Origin: a virus
Lineage: Duplodnaviria; Caudoviricetes
DNA: 62,091 bases
Virus record (IMG/VR): IMGVR_UViG_3300036399_000656
Span: 1-62,091 of that record
Strand: one strand, 5' to 3'
The position numbers and the translations under genes are program-made. Shown piece by piece: positions 7,240-15,608 of the stretch (position 1 is its first letter; every line of letters begins with the position of its first letter). The notes under the pieces were generated by a model. It saw only the letters and a list, made by a program, of their open reading frames with translations, searched no databases and was not told the origin of the DNA.

Positions 7240-7364
7240 TAGTCAGGACAGGATTCGAACCTGCATATACTTCAGATACTATCTGCTGGATTGTATTAAT
7301 ATGGCAAAGTATATTCGTATCCAGTTACATACCATATTAGCGTCTACCATTCCGCCACCTGACT
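7240..7364 (-). ncRNA. tRNA-Leu-scaffold RNA with expanded centre (125 nt)
   Basis: AGTCAGG-TGGCGGAATGGTAGACGC...GCAGG-TTCGAAT-CCTGT-CCTGACT-A; centre has a TAATATGG/CCATATTA stem with a large loop and a CAGAT/ATCTG hairpin. Confidence 0.75.
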
Positions 7365-7392
7365 ATTGTCACAATTTTTCAAATATTTGTGA

Positions 7393-7605
7393 CTAAACCT
7401 TCATAATCTTCTTGAGATACAACGCCAGATCAAGCGCCTCCTCGTATGCGTGTTGGATCCACTGCTCCTTAGTCAGGTCCGTCCGGTCCATTGTGTGATT
7501 ATACTCAGAAAAACCCTTCTTTTCACGCATAATCATGTCCATAACCACTTCGTTAAGTATGTCCGATGCGTATTTTATCGGCTTATTGTCGCTTGTATGT
7601 CCCAT
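7393..7605 (-). CDS. Conserved phage protein (DRxDL...W..HA.EE..D..LYL; possibly all-alpha NTP-PPase-like)
   Basis: MDRTDLTKEQWIQHAYEEALDLALYLKK; ATG at 7605 preferred. Confidence 0.65.
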   Translation of the reverse strand: MGHTSDNKPIKYASDILNEVVMDMIMREKKGFSEYNHTMDRTDLTKEQWIQHAYEEALDLALYLKKIMKV

Positions 7606-7763
7606 CTGTAGCTTAACCATTTATGTTCAGTTCCCATCATTTTATCGAGCTTGTAGCAGTCGTTCAAAACCTTAGTTTTGGCTGATTCAGGACTCTTGGC
7701 CTTTGCTTTTGCGTTGTGGACGATCTTCTCGCCGTCCCATATCGTTATCACGTAATTATTCAT
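7575..7763 (-). CDS. Hypothetical protein
   Basis: Track ORF 7575..7793; ATG at 7763 preferred. Confidence 0.6.
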   Translation of the reverse strand: MNNYVITIWDGEKIVHNAKAKAKSPESAKTKVLNDCYKLDKMMGTEHKWLSYRWDIQATISR

Positions 7764-7947
7764 GTATTCCGTAGGTTGAGTTTTTCCACACACGCACCTG
7801 ATCGCTTGTAAAGTGCCTGATTTCGCCGCCGTTTGACAGCACGACCGTTATCTCATCATTCTCCAGCATCCCCCCCTGCGTTATGTAGAGGATGTATCCG
7901 TCTCCAAGGGGAGTCGTAACTGGGATTGGTGAAGGGGGAAAGATCAT
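7756..7947 (-). CDS. Hypothetical phage protein (63 aa)
   Basis: IPVTTPLGDGYILY...END...V.L..GGEIRHF. Confidence 0.7.
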   Translation of the reverse strand: MIFPPSPIPVTTPLGDGYILYITQGGMLENDEITVVLSNGGEIRHFTSDQVRVWKNSTYGIHE

Positions 7948-8113
7948 TTTTACACTTAATGAATAGGCTCTCTATGTCCTCCATCTTCATTGACTTCAAC
8001 TTGTTCAGGTTGACGTTCACTACTATCCTGATGGTCTCCTGATCCATCTGTGGTCTCCACTCCGTTAGCTTCTGCATCAGGTGTTCCTTCAGCGCTTGCT
8101 TGGTTTTTTTCAT
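7856..8113 (-). CDS. Hypothetical protein overlapping both neighbours
   Basis: ORF track; protein-like N-terminal ~55 aa. Confidence 0.55.
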   Translation of the reverse strand: MKKTKQALKEHLMQKLTEWRPQMDQETIRIVVNVNLNKLKSMKMEDIESLFIKCKNDLSPFTNPSYDSPWRRIHPLHNAGGDAGE

Positions 8114-8429
8114 CTATTTGTCGTTTTATGTCCGAAATTCCTTGATTTACTAGCGCCCAATACTCTACAGGAAGGGTTGCAAGGTTTTGAAGCGTGATTT
8201 CCATAGATTCGATAGCATTTAAGTATGCGTCTCCACCCTCTACGTTGCCAAGTATACCAAAGATGGGCATAAGCTCACGCTCTAGCTTGGTGATAAGGTT
8301 TTTGGAGTGCATCTTCAGGTCATGCTTGAAGAATTTTAAGTCAACGCACTCGTCGTGACACTGCGCGTAGATTTGTTGTGCGCCCAAGGCCGTCACAATC
8401 AGTCGTTTTTTTCTTTCTAGATCGTTCAT
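7956..8429 (-). CDS. Hypothetical protein (157 aa)
   Basis: ORF track; own promoter box TATATTTG at 8454-8447. Confidence 0.7.
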   Translation of the reverse strand: MNDLERKKRLIVTALGAQQIYAQCHDECVDLKFFKHDLKMHSKNLITKLERELMPIFGILGNVEGGDAYLNAIESMEITLQNLATLPVEYWALVNQGISDIKRQIDEKNQASAEGTPDAEANGVETTDGSGDHQDSSERQPEQVEVNEDGGHREPIH

Positions 8430-8487
8430 TTCGTTTATTTATGTGGCAAATATAATACACGCGTGGAATAAGTCAAGCAAATTAACA

Positions 8488-8742
8488 TTAATTTGCGCTA
8501 AACATAAAGCTGACGTCGCTCATAATGATTTCGTCCACCTGCTCCATAGAAAGACCAACGATAAAGTCGTCGCCACCGGAACTTATCATGCAGAGGTTTT
8601 TATAGTTCTGATAAGGACGTACATTGTCTATCTTGTAGAAGATGGCTGGCTCACACTCGTACTTGTCGGGAGTCGCACCAACCAAATCCGCAATTCTTTT
8701 TTCGTCGGTATCAACCACTATAGGAAGCAGGACTCTCATCAT
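8488..8742 (-). CDS. Hypothetical protein (84 aa)
   Basis: ORF track; operon packing. Confidence 0.7.
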   Translation of the reverse strand: MMRVLLPIVVDTDEKRIADLVGATPDKYECEPAIFYKIDNVRPYQNYKNLCMISSGGDDFIVGLSMEQVDEIIMSDVSFMFSAN

Positions 8743-8743
8743 A

Positions 8744-8986
8744 TCATTCCAAATTTACTTTTCTGTAGCCTAGAGACCACAAGAATTCCGATATTTTTAT
8801 CCCGTAGTCTTTAACATACTCCTCCTCCCAATGCTTGAATTCGTGATGTAAAAACTCGTGTATTAAAACTTCTAGATATTCTTTTGCGGGAAGCCTTGGA
8901 TCAATTTCGATTAAACCATGTTCATGGTAAAGGCCGCGAGCCTTTTCCTTTCCCAACCTTCTTTCTTTTACGATCAAGTTTTCCAT
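8744..8986 (-). CDS. Small HExxH zincin-like protein
   Basis: IEIDPRL...LEVLIHEFLHH...EE; ATG at 8986 preferred. Confidence 0.7.
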   Translation of the reverse strand: MENLIVKERRLGKEKARGLYHEHGLIEIDPRLPAKEYLEVLIHEFLHHEFKHWEEEYVKDYGIKISEFLWSLGYRKVNLE

Positions 8987-9052
8987 ACAGCAAAATAAGG
9001 AAAAATTCTTAGACCCCCGTAACAAAAAACAGGCAGAAAATGTTACCGCCCG

Positions 9053-10072
9053 TTATTTAATCTTGCCGTTTACGATACGGTAGTTTGTAACCTCAAACTC
9101 TTCATTATCAAATACTTTCACGTGGGCGAAGCCGTGTGTAAATTTGTTAATCGGCATATAGTCCGGGTGAAGTTCACACAGGCAGGCTACCGACCAGCAG
9201 GTTGTAACCTTTCCGTTGATGTTGGGTTCGGTATGCTCCGAGGTCTGGTGGTGGTGTCCGCAGATAGCGTTGTCCTTTGCGCGAAGATAGAGTCCACGGG
9301 CAATGTTTACCGGGCTGAACATACTTGATCCAAACTCGTGTCCGTGTAGTGCTACTAGCTTACCCATTCGCACTAGCTGCTTGTCTGGAATGAACGTGAT
9401 GTTGAGCTGCTTGAGATGTAAGATAGATTCTAACGAAAACTCCTCAATGCCGACAAGGTCTGATGCGTTATTGATCAGATAGTGGTCCCATCGGATGTCG
9501 TGGTTTCCTGCTTTGAAGTATATTGCTTGTGTAGGGAACAGTTTCCGCAGCGTGTAGAGGAATTCCCGCGCCATGTAAATTTCCGACGCCAGGTCGCGCT
9601 TGCGAGGATCTTTTTGAAAACGGCTAATGGCGTAGAAGTCGATAAGGTCTCCGTTGATGTAGATGGTGTTGACTTCGTTTTCGAGTCCGTATTTAAGCGC
9701 TGTTGTGAGCGCAGGAATGTTGTGATATGGTACGTGAATGTCGGTAAGAAAAAGGATATCATTGTGGTTTACCGGAAATTTATATGGATTGTATTGCTTT
9801 TCCTTTGAGTCTGGAAGACCTAGCGGGTTGTTATCGGGAACTAAGTCGTTAATGATTTGCTCAAACGCACCCACCACCTTGTTTGGATTGACCTTAGCCT
9901 TCTTTACATGCTTTGATGAGTTGTTTTTTTTCCACGCCATGAATGCGCGTTTGAAAGACTCTAGGCTTATATCGGATTTTACGTTTTCGTATTCTAACTC
10001 AAGCCTTTTGTTTTGACTTAAATCGCTTGGGTCTTTTAAAACATTGAGGTAATTTTGGACGTTGTTTTTCAT
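9053..10072 (-). CDS. Calcineurin-like metallophosphoesterase
   Basis: DIH, GDLIDF, GNHD, HGH and GHHH motifs; promoter box at 10096-10089. Confidence 0.88.
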   Translation of the reverse strand: MKNNVQNYLNVLKDPSDLSQNKRLELEYENVKSDISLESFKRAFMAWKKNNSSKHVKKAKVNPNKVVGAFEQIINDLVPDNNPLGLPDSKEKQYNPYKFPVNHNDILFLTDIHVPYHNIPALTTALKYGLENEVNTIYINGDLIDFYAISRFQKDPRKRDLASEIYMAREFLYTLRKLFPTQAIYFKAGNHDIRWDHYLINNASDLVGIEEFSLESILHLKQLNITFIPDKQLVRMGKLVALHGHEFGSSMFSPVNIARGLYLRAKDNAICGHHHQTSEHTEPNINGKVTTCWSVACLCELHPDYMPINKFTHGFAHVKVFDNEEFEVTNYRIVNGKIK

Positions 10073-10110
10073 TTAGAATAGTTATTTGCAAATATACTCA
10101 GTATCAATAC

Positions 10111-10207
10111 AAAAGCAAAAACCGCCTCGATTAGGAGACGGTTTTCACAAACGAAATGAATAAAACAAACTGAACTTGCGCGAAAACACGCAACATCAGC
10201 AAATGTA
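10111..10207 (-). ncRNA. Small RNA candidate (promoter, hairpin, U-rich linker, terminator)
   Basis: TACATTTG at 10207-10200; terminator AAAACCGTCTC/GAGGCGGTTTTT at 10145-10111; no ORF between them. Confidence 0.55.
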
Positions 10208-10228
10208 TCAACAAACTTTTTAAGTTGT

Positions 10229-10468
10229 TCATTTTCGTTTGATTACGATGACTTTCTGCTTGTTTTCAGGAGTCACCTTTTGTTTTTTCCATGCGTAGTA
10301 TTTAATCGGTAGAATACTAGCCACGGTAAGAAAGCAAGCCAATGCACTTACGTAGTCCTTCATCCATATTGATACACCTATAGCAATGCTAAATGCTATC
10401 AAAAATGCTGTGAGGGTTATGTTGTGAAGCTCCAACATATAGGCTGGGAATGATTTTTTTAGTTCCAA
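10229..10468 (-). CDS. Two-TM membrane protein (start uncertain)
   Basis: Two hydrophobic segments and a basic tail; promoter box at 10533-10526. Confidence 0.6.
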   Translation of the reverse strand: MELKKSFPAYMLELHNITLTAFLIAFSIAIGVSIWMKDYVSALACFLTVASILPIKYYAWKKQKVTPENKQKVIVIKRK

Positions 10469-10601
10469 AATATGAATTGTGTTTTTTCGTTAATTTTACC
10501 CATAATGACTAATGTTGCCGGCACACAAATATACATTACTTTTTTGTTGCCGTTTTCGACCCAACAATATCTCTCGTATATTATTGATTCGATAACAGAC
10601 A

Positions 10602-10880
10602 TCAGTCGATGGTTTCTATTTTTAATTTGTCGTACTCGTCAAGGTCAATTATTTTGCCCTCAAACTTTCCTCTGTACGTACAATCAATAACGTCGCAACC
10701 TCCTTCGCTATTCCATGCCATAGCCATTGCTCGGATGTGTTTCTTAACGCTATCGATTGTATTGAGTACTTCAGATGTCTGAAGAGTCTCGTTGTTCTCA
10801 CCAATAGTTTTTACGCGAAAGGCGTTTACCTTTTTACCGTCAATTGTACGACGCGCATCTTTAATCTCTATTCTGCCCAT
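10602..10880 (-). CDS. DUF1508/YegP-like protein
   Basis: FRVKTIGENNETLQTSEVLNTIDSVKKHI pattern. Confidence 0.6.
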   Translation of the reverse strand: MGRIEIKDARRTIDGKKVNAFRVKTIGENNETLQTSEVLNTIDSVKKHIRAMAMAWNSEGGCDVIDCTYRGKFEGKIIDLDEYDKLKIETID

Positions 10881-11133
10881 CTTCTATTTTTTTTAGTTCA
10901 TTAAAATGTCCACTGATCCAAAGGTACATATCATTTCCAGTTAGCTCGTACAATCTTACGTTGATTAAACGCATTAGCTTCTGTTCTCGGTTGTATTTGC
11001 TCATTGGCTTATATGTTCCAGCCTTTGGATATTCCATGTCGTCAGTGAGAAGCTTATGCCTCAGATTCCGAAGGTGTTGTAACTCGGTCAATGTCGACGG
11101 TGTAGGCGGCAAGTATATCGGGGTTCCGTTCAT
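10861..11133 (-). CDS. Hypothetical protein (90 aa)
   Basis: ORF track. Confidence 0.65.
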   Translation of the reverse strand: MNGTPIYLPPTPSTLTELQHLRNLRHKLLTDDMEYPKAGTYKPMSKYNREQKLMRLINVRLYELTGNDMYLWISGHFNELKKIEDGQNRD

Positions 11134-11539
11134 CGAAAAAATCTAATAAAAGTTCTTGTTTAGTTTGATCTAAGTCAGCAATGAAGTGACGTATTTTTTT
11201 GCGGCGCACTGCGTTGTATGCGTAGTCTCCTTTAACTGTTTTCAGTGCGTGACATACAGTTGAGTGGTCTTTGTTTACCGTTCTTGCAACTTCCGCAAGG
11301 CTCTTAGTTGAGCAAACCTTTACGGCGGTCATGTATACCTGGCGGGCTAAAACTACATCGGCAAAACGCTTCTGGCTTTTAATGTCAGAAGCACGAACCT
11401 CAAAGTGCTTGCTTACCTTTTTCATTATTTCGTTTTCTTGAGGATCTTCTATTTTATGAAGGTACTCATAAACTTTTGTGAATTCAGCCCGACGAGGTGA
11501 CGGGACCATGTTTACTAGGTCTTTGAATGTGTATCTCAT
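11054..11539 (-). CDS. DnaA C-terminal (domain IV) HTH-like protein
   Basis: DIKSQKRFADVVLARQVYM...SLAEVARTVNKDHSTVCHA matches the DnaA-IV R..ARQ..M...SL..IG....DHSTV.HA pattern. Confidence 0.8.
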   Translation of the reverse strand: MRYTFKDLVNMVPSPRRAEFTKVYEYLHKIEDPQENEIMKKVSKHFEVRASDIKSQKRFADVVLARQVYMTAVKVCSTKSLAEVARTVNKDHSTVCHALKTVKGDYAYNAVRRKKIRHFIADLDQTKQELLLDFFDERNPDILAAYTVDIDRVTTPSESEA

Positions 11540-11556
11540 TTGTTCGTTTGTTTAAA

Positions 11557-11590
11557 GCCGTGGCGGGCTTCGTTTATTACCCGCCACGAC
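11557..11590 (-). terminator. GC-rich hairpin after the SSB-like gene
   Basis: CGTGGCGGG/CCCGCCACG stem with only a short U-tract. Confidence 0.5.
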
Positions 11591-11602
11591 CTTTGGTTAA
11601 GA

Positions 11603-12235
11603 TTAGAATGGCAATCCGTCATCGTCCGGATCCTCTACCACCTGAGGGGCGTATGAATCTAATTTCTTTACAGAACTAACGGCCTTAACTTGTGGCATGA
11701 ATATGTCGTTCAAGTGCTTCTCAAAGAACTCTTGACGCTCTGAGTCATCCCACACGATCTGACCCTTTACCTTGATTTGTTTCATTTCCGGCATGTTACC
11801 TGGGTTGTCTTTAGTCCATCCCCACTTAATGTCCTCCTGCCCGTGACGCAGGTAAAGCATTGTGCGCGTCTTCCCATCAACTTCCTTGGACCACGGGGTA
11901 AGTGTAATTTCCTTTCCGGCGTCAATGTTAGGCATTGACAAGAAAAACCCTGACGAGTAGCGTGATGACCACGGCATTTGGATTTGATACTCGCTGTCTC
12001 CATCCTTCAAAACAACGCACAGCTGATCGCCATACCCTTGTTCTGAAACGCGCTTGAACACGTCTGTGATGTAACCAGAAAGAGACGCGTAACGCTCTTC
12101 GTACCAAATTTTAGTGCCGTCTTTGCTCATGCACTTAATTGAGCCAGCTGTGCCTTCAGGAACACGCTTGGCAATCTTACCGCCAGATATGCTGAGGTAA
12201 GTACGGTTTGATGAACCACCTTGATTTAATCCCAT
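11603..12235 (-). CDS. Putative single-stranded DNA-binding protein
   Basis: Acidic C-terminus EDPDDDGLPF; adjacent to primase-helicase; promoter TACATTTG at 12275-12268 places the start at ATG 12235. Confidence 0.65.
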   Translation of the reverse strand: MGLNQGGSSNRTYLSISGGKIAKRVPEGTAGSIKCMSKDGTKIWYEERYASLSGYITDVFKRVSEQGYGDQLCVVLKDGDSEYQIQMPWSSRYSSGFFLSMPNIDAGKEITLTPWSKEVDGKTRTMLYLRHGQEDIKWGWTKDNPGNMPEMKQIKVKGQIVWDDSERQEFFEKHLNDIFMPQVKAVSSVKKLDSYAPQVVEDPDDDGLPF

Positions 12236-12340
12236 AGATTTTTGATTAATTAATTGGTTATATTTCGCAAATGTAGCATATATGTTTCTTTTGTGCAAGA
12301 AAAAAACTGTTAAATTTATACCCTAGATGTCATTTTTCCG

Positions 12341-14287
12341 TCATTCCCAAGCCTCCGCGTACCCGTTCGGGTGCTGAATGTCCTCATTCCATTCCTTGGC
12401 CTCGCGAGAATCCGTCCAACTCTTGTTTGGCTTTATTGCTGTTGGCTGCTTGATTTCAGACTGCACGTATTTACCCTCGATCGCCTGATGAAGGTAATCA
12501 ACGCCCTCGAACGTGAACCTGCGAGTAGACCTTACAAGTTCAAAATCAAAGAATCCCTTGATTCCAACTATTTTCTGTCTGCGGATCTTCTTGGAGTGAA
12601 ACTCACACAAAGGGCTTTCGGGTGCGGTCTGAGCAAACGGACGGTGGTAGATGATAATGTTATCAGCCTTGTTGTTCCACATAGCACCATCTGCCAGGTC
12701 AAATACTTCTGGGCATGGGTAGTTGCCGTCATCACCCTTACGCATCTTGTGCGGGTGAACCACGATATCAAAATACACATTGTTCTTTCGCGCAAATCGT
12801 GTGCAGTCTGAAAGGAAGGTTTCAAGGTACTTGTCGCTGCGTCCACCGCCCTTGGTGTAGTCATTTGCCATCTGATTGAACGGGTCGATGACCACACGGT
12901 CCACTCCGTGCTTGATAATCATGCTAAGGAACACTTCCTTCACGTAGTCGGGTGTGGGACTTACGTTCTTGGGGTATACCATAAAGATGTGTTCGCCAAT
13001 CATTTTGTACACCTTCATGTACGCGTCGTAACTCGGCCTGTTGTAATTGCTTGGCGTACAGTCCTTTCCGAAGTAAATTTCCACCAGGTCGTGGTAGAAT
13101 TGTTCAGCGGGTAATTCCTCAGGGGTAAAGATGGCCACCTTCTCTCCAAACTTTACCATGCGGAATATCATCTCCCATTTCATGAATGATGACTTACCAT
13201 AGTTTCCTATTCCGGAAACAATTGTTAATTCTCCCTTGACCCTTTTAAAGTGTTTGTCGAGCAACGGAACGCCAAGTGGCATAGCGGCCTGATAACCCTT
13301 GAGGTAAATCTCGGACGCCTGTTCCATTACCTCCTCGGCATAGATCACGTCTTCCTTGCTTATTTCTTCGAGGTCCTGCTCAGTTAATTCAATCTTTACC
13401 TCCACATGGTTAGTCTTACTAACCAACTGATCCTTGGTAAACTCAGCCGTGTTCCATTGATTCATGTTGGCACGGTACGCACTGCGAATTGCTTGACGGC
13501 ACTCCTTCTGACTAAAGCTAGAGTCGGGCGTGACGTGCATCATCATCAGGTTGTAACACGTCTCCTCCATCATCCCAAATCGGCAGCAACTTGCAGCCAA
13601 CTTAAACACAAAATGATTCCTCTCTCCCTCACGGAATGCGTCACCCTTGGACGTCATCCACGTCAAGAGGTTTTGGAATATCTTGTCGTCTTCGTTAATG
13701 GTCTCCGTAGACGTCTGCTGTGGCAGCCTCCTGTCCTCCTTCTTTACAGGCAGCTTGCTGTAGACCTCTGCATTCGGATTATAGTACAATTCTGGATCGT
13801 ATGACTCAAAGCATAAACGGGAAACATTACGTCCTGTCTTGTCGATGTCGGGCATTTCCACCATTAGTGCATCAAAATGCTCTTTATGTTTGGTTTTCCA
13901 CTCAATTTGCACCAAAGCCTTTACACCATTTCCCGAAGGTGATATCCAAACTGCGGTAATGTGTCTTATAGCGCACAATTCATTTCTCTTTTGGGTGATA
14001 TTTGGGACATTATCGAAATCAAGCACGATGTATCCTGAGTGTTCGACAAGCTCAGAGTCCTTTCGTTTGTTAAAAAGCCCACTGAAGCAAACTGCTGGAA
14101 GTTTCTTTTTTAAATCATCCGCCTCTTTCTTGGTCTTGGCTTCCCTCGCCTTTTGTACAAGGTCCTTTGACTTTCCAGTCCGAATTCGTTCAAGTGCGCC
14201 CAGCACAGTAATTTGGTGTCCTTGCAGGTCGTTGAAGTCTTTGTAGATGGATACCTTACCATTTATTCCTTGCATCATTTGGATCAT
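12341..14287 (-). CDS. Primase-helicase (BT4734/VirE-N primase, PriCT-1, DnaB-like SF4 helicase)
   Basis: KKKLPAVCFSG..LDFD..SPSGNGVK..D...RLCFESYDP; EGERN; Walker A GIGNYGKS, Walker B VVIDP, VVHP. Confidence 0.88.
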   Translation of the reverse strand: MIQMMQGINGKVSIYKDFNDLQGHQITVLGALERIRTGKSKDLVQKAREAKTKKEADDLKKKLPAVCFSGLFNKRKDSELVEHSGYIVLDFDNVPNITQKRNELCAIRHITAVWISPSGNGVKALVQIEWKTKHKEHFDALMVEMPDIDKTGRNVSRLCFESYDPELYYNPNAEVYSKLPVKKEDRRLPQQTSTETINEDDKIFQNLLTWMTSKGDAFREGERNHFVFKLAASCCRFGMMEETCYNLMMMHVTPDSSFSQKECRQAIRSAYRANMNQWNTAEFTKDQLVSKTNHVEVKIELTEQDLEEISKEDVIYAEEVMEQASEIYLKGYQAAMPLGVPLLDKHFKRVKGELTIVSGIGNYGKSSFMKWEMIFRMVKFGEKVAIFTPEELPAEQFYHDLVEIYFGKDCTPSNYNRPSYDAYMKVYKMIGEHIFMVYPKNVSPTPDYVKEVFLSMIIKHGVDRVVIDPFNQMANDYTKGGGRSDKYLETFLSDCTRFARKNNVYFDIVVHPHKMRKGDDGNYPCPEVFDLADGAMWNNKADNIIIYHRPFAQTAPESPLCEFHSKKIRRQKIVGIKGFFDFELVRSTRRFTFEGVDYLHQAIEGKYVQSEIKQPTAIKPNKSWTDSREAKEWNEDIQHPNGYAEAWE

Positions 14288-14978
14288 AATTGTAGTTAGT
14301 TTGTTTTGTATTTGTATTCGTATTCGTTGTTTCGTCTTCCCACCTTCTGTCGCGAAGATAGCGCACCGGGTCCTTCCAGTATTTGCGCTCGCGCCCACTC
14401 TTATGGTTTCCCATGCCTTCTACAGCAAGAGTTCGGTCCTCATTAGATAGTTTATTCCAAACAGCAAGGGTTTGTTTCTTATCCACCTTCTTGTCATACA
14501 TCAACCAAAACTGCTCGAAAGAATACTTACTTTCTTCTTTTATTTTATTCTTTTTATTATGTGAGCATTCCTGAGCAGGGGTATGCTCATTTTTGAGCAG
14601 GGGGTATGCAGGTTTTTGAGCAGGGGTATGATCAAAAAATTCATCCTCCTCATTTTCAGATATTGGCATTTCGGGTGTAACTGTTCTACTCAAAATATCA
14701 GCTTCTGGATTTATTGTTAAACATCTTATTTCAACCTCATTTCGATTATTGAGTTTGACTATTCTTCCCAAAACACCCTTCTGTTCGAGGTCAGCAATTA
14801 CCCGTCTCACACTATGTTTTGATATGCCAAGGCATTCCCCCAAGTAATGGTTCGAAGCAAAACAATAGCCTTTGATGTTTGATAGATTTGATACGACACC
14901 TATGAGCAATTTCTCCGTAGATGACAATTCCTTGCTAAGTAGCACACTTGCAGGGATGATTGAGTATTGATTGTGCAT
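14256..14978 (-). CDS. HTH replication initiator (lambda O-like organisation)
   Basis: YSIIPASVL..KELS..EKLL...GYCFASN.YL...HTH; C-terminal FEQFW..Y.KK...YL...RWEDE; ATG at 14978. Confidence 0.85.
   Translation of the reverse strand: MHNQYSIIPASVLLSKELSSTEKLLIGVVSNLSNIKGYCFASNHYLGECLGISKHSVRRVIADLEQKGVLGRIVKLNNRNEVEIRCLTINPEADILSRTVTPEMPISENEEDEFFDHTPAQKPAYPLLKNEHTPAQECSHNKKNKIKEESKYSFEQFWLMYDKKVDKKQTLAVWNKLSNEDRTLAVEGMGNHKSGRERKYWKDPVRYLRDRRWEDETTNTNTNTKQTNYNYDPNDARNKW
14521..14630. repeat. Putative replication origin: three iterons plus AT-rich tract inside the initiator gene
   Basis: TGAGCAGGGG(G)TATG at 14572, 14594 and 14617 (22-23 bp period); AT-rich 14521-14560. Confidence 0.75.
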
Positions 14979-14983
14979 AAGAT

Positions 14984-15105
14984 AAAAAAAGCTCGCAAGA
15001 ACCACTTTGCGAGCTTTTGAGTTGGTTAGTATTTGTAACCACCTTCCAACCCCCGGTTGCTGTGGTTCTTTAGCAAACGGGGGGCGGAATATTTCAGCAA
15101 ACATA
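14984..15105 (-). promoter_or_regulatory. Promoter plus three-hairpin attenuator-like leader of the initiator gene
   Basis: TATGTTTG at 15105-15098; hairpin-1 loop AAGAACCAC complementary to terminator GTGGTTCTT; U7 tract ends 5 nt before the ATG. Confidence 0.65.
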
Positions 15106-15124
15106 AAACAACCACGCAAGGTTG

Positions 15125-15316
15125 TCAAGGATTTTCTTCATTATTTTTTATGTGCCATGTTTCGCACTCCCAGCACATATAAACCTGCTGATCATAGTCA
15201 CAATGTTCCTGAGCCTCCTTACGAGTCTTGTAGGTTCGCTTGCCACAGCCGTAAATAGAGTTTTTCATCATGAACCCAAAACAGAATATTGTAAGTGCGA
15301 TAGAAACGATAAACAT
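15125..15316 (-). CDS. Small protein with N-terminal TM and Zn-ribbon-like motif
   Basis: CGKRTYKTRKEA...YMCWECETWH; promoter TAAATTTG at 15328-15321. Confidence 0.65.
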   Translation of the reverse strand: MFIVSIALTIFCFGFMMKNSIYGCGKRTYKTRKEAQEHCDYDQQVYMCWECETWHIKNNEENP

Positions 15317-15380
15317 AGCGCAAATTTACGTTGTTTAATCTTATTTTCAAGCAAGAACTTGACACTATGTTATTTTTCTG

Positions 15381-15388
15381 TATATTTG
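15381..15388 (+). promoter_or_regulatory. Promoter of packaging operon, divergent from the 15321-15328 box
   Basis: TATATTTG 4 nt before ATG 15393. Confidence 0.65.
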
Positions 15389-15392
15389 CAGC

Positions 15393-15608
15393 ATGAGTAA
15401 TTTATTTCCACCCGACCACCGGGTATTTATTCAAATAGAAAACCAAACTGAAAAGCAAATGGATGCCATTATAACCAAAGTTGGCAACTTCTGTGACTTT
15501 GAAGTTGGTCAGCGCGTATGCATTGTTGGTAAGGTAGATAAAGTTGAACTGCAAGATGTTACAGAATATTCTGTACACGAGCGATATATAGTTATGGTAT
15601 ATGAATAA
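15393..15608 (+). CDS. GroES-like small protein with short mobile loop
   Basis: PPDHRVFI...IITKVG...EVGQRV...EYSVHERYIV. Confidence 0.6.
   Translation: MSNLFPPDHRVFIQIENQTEKQMDAIITKVGNFCDFEVGQRVCIVGKVDKVELQDVTEYSVHERYIVMVYE

Noticed and set aside
6862-7364. Canonical tRNA-Leu genes or suppressor tRNAs
   Set aside because: No 5-bp stem with 7-nt anticodon loop can be formed after the D arm; reported as tRNA-like instead
7756-8429. Chain of 92-158 nt gene overlaps as programmed frameshifting
   Set aside because: Each gene has its own ATG, and the overlapping tails look like ordinary run-on extensions
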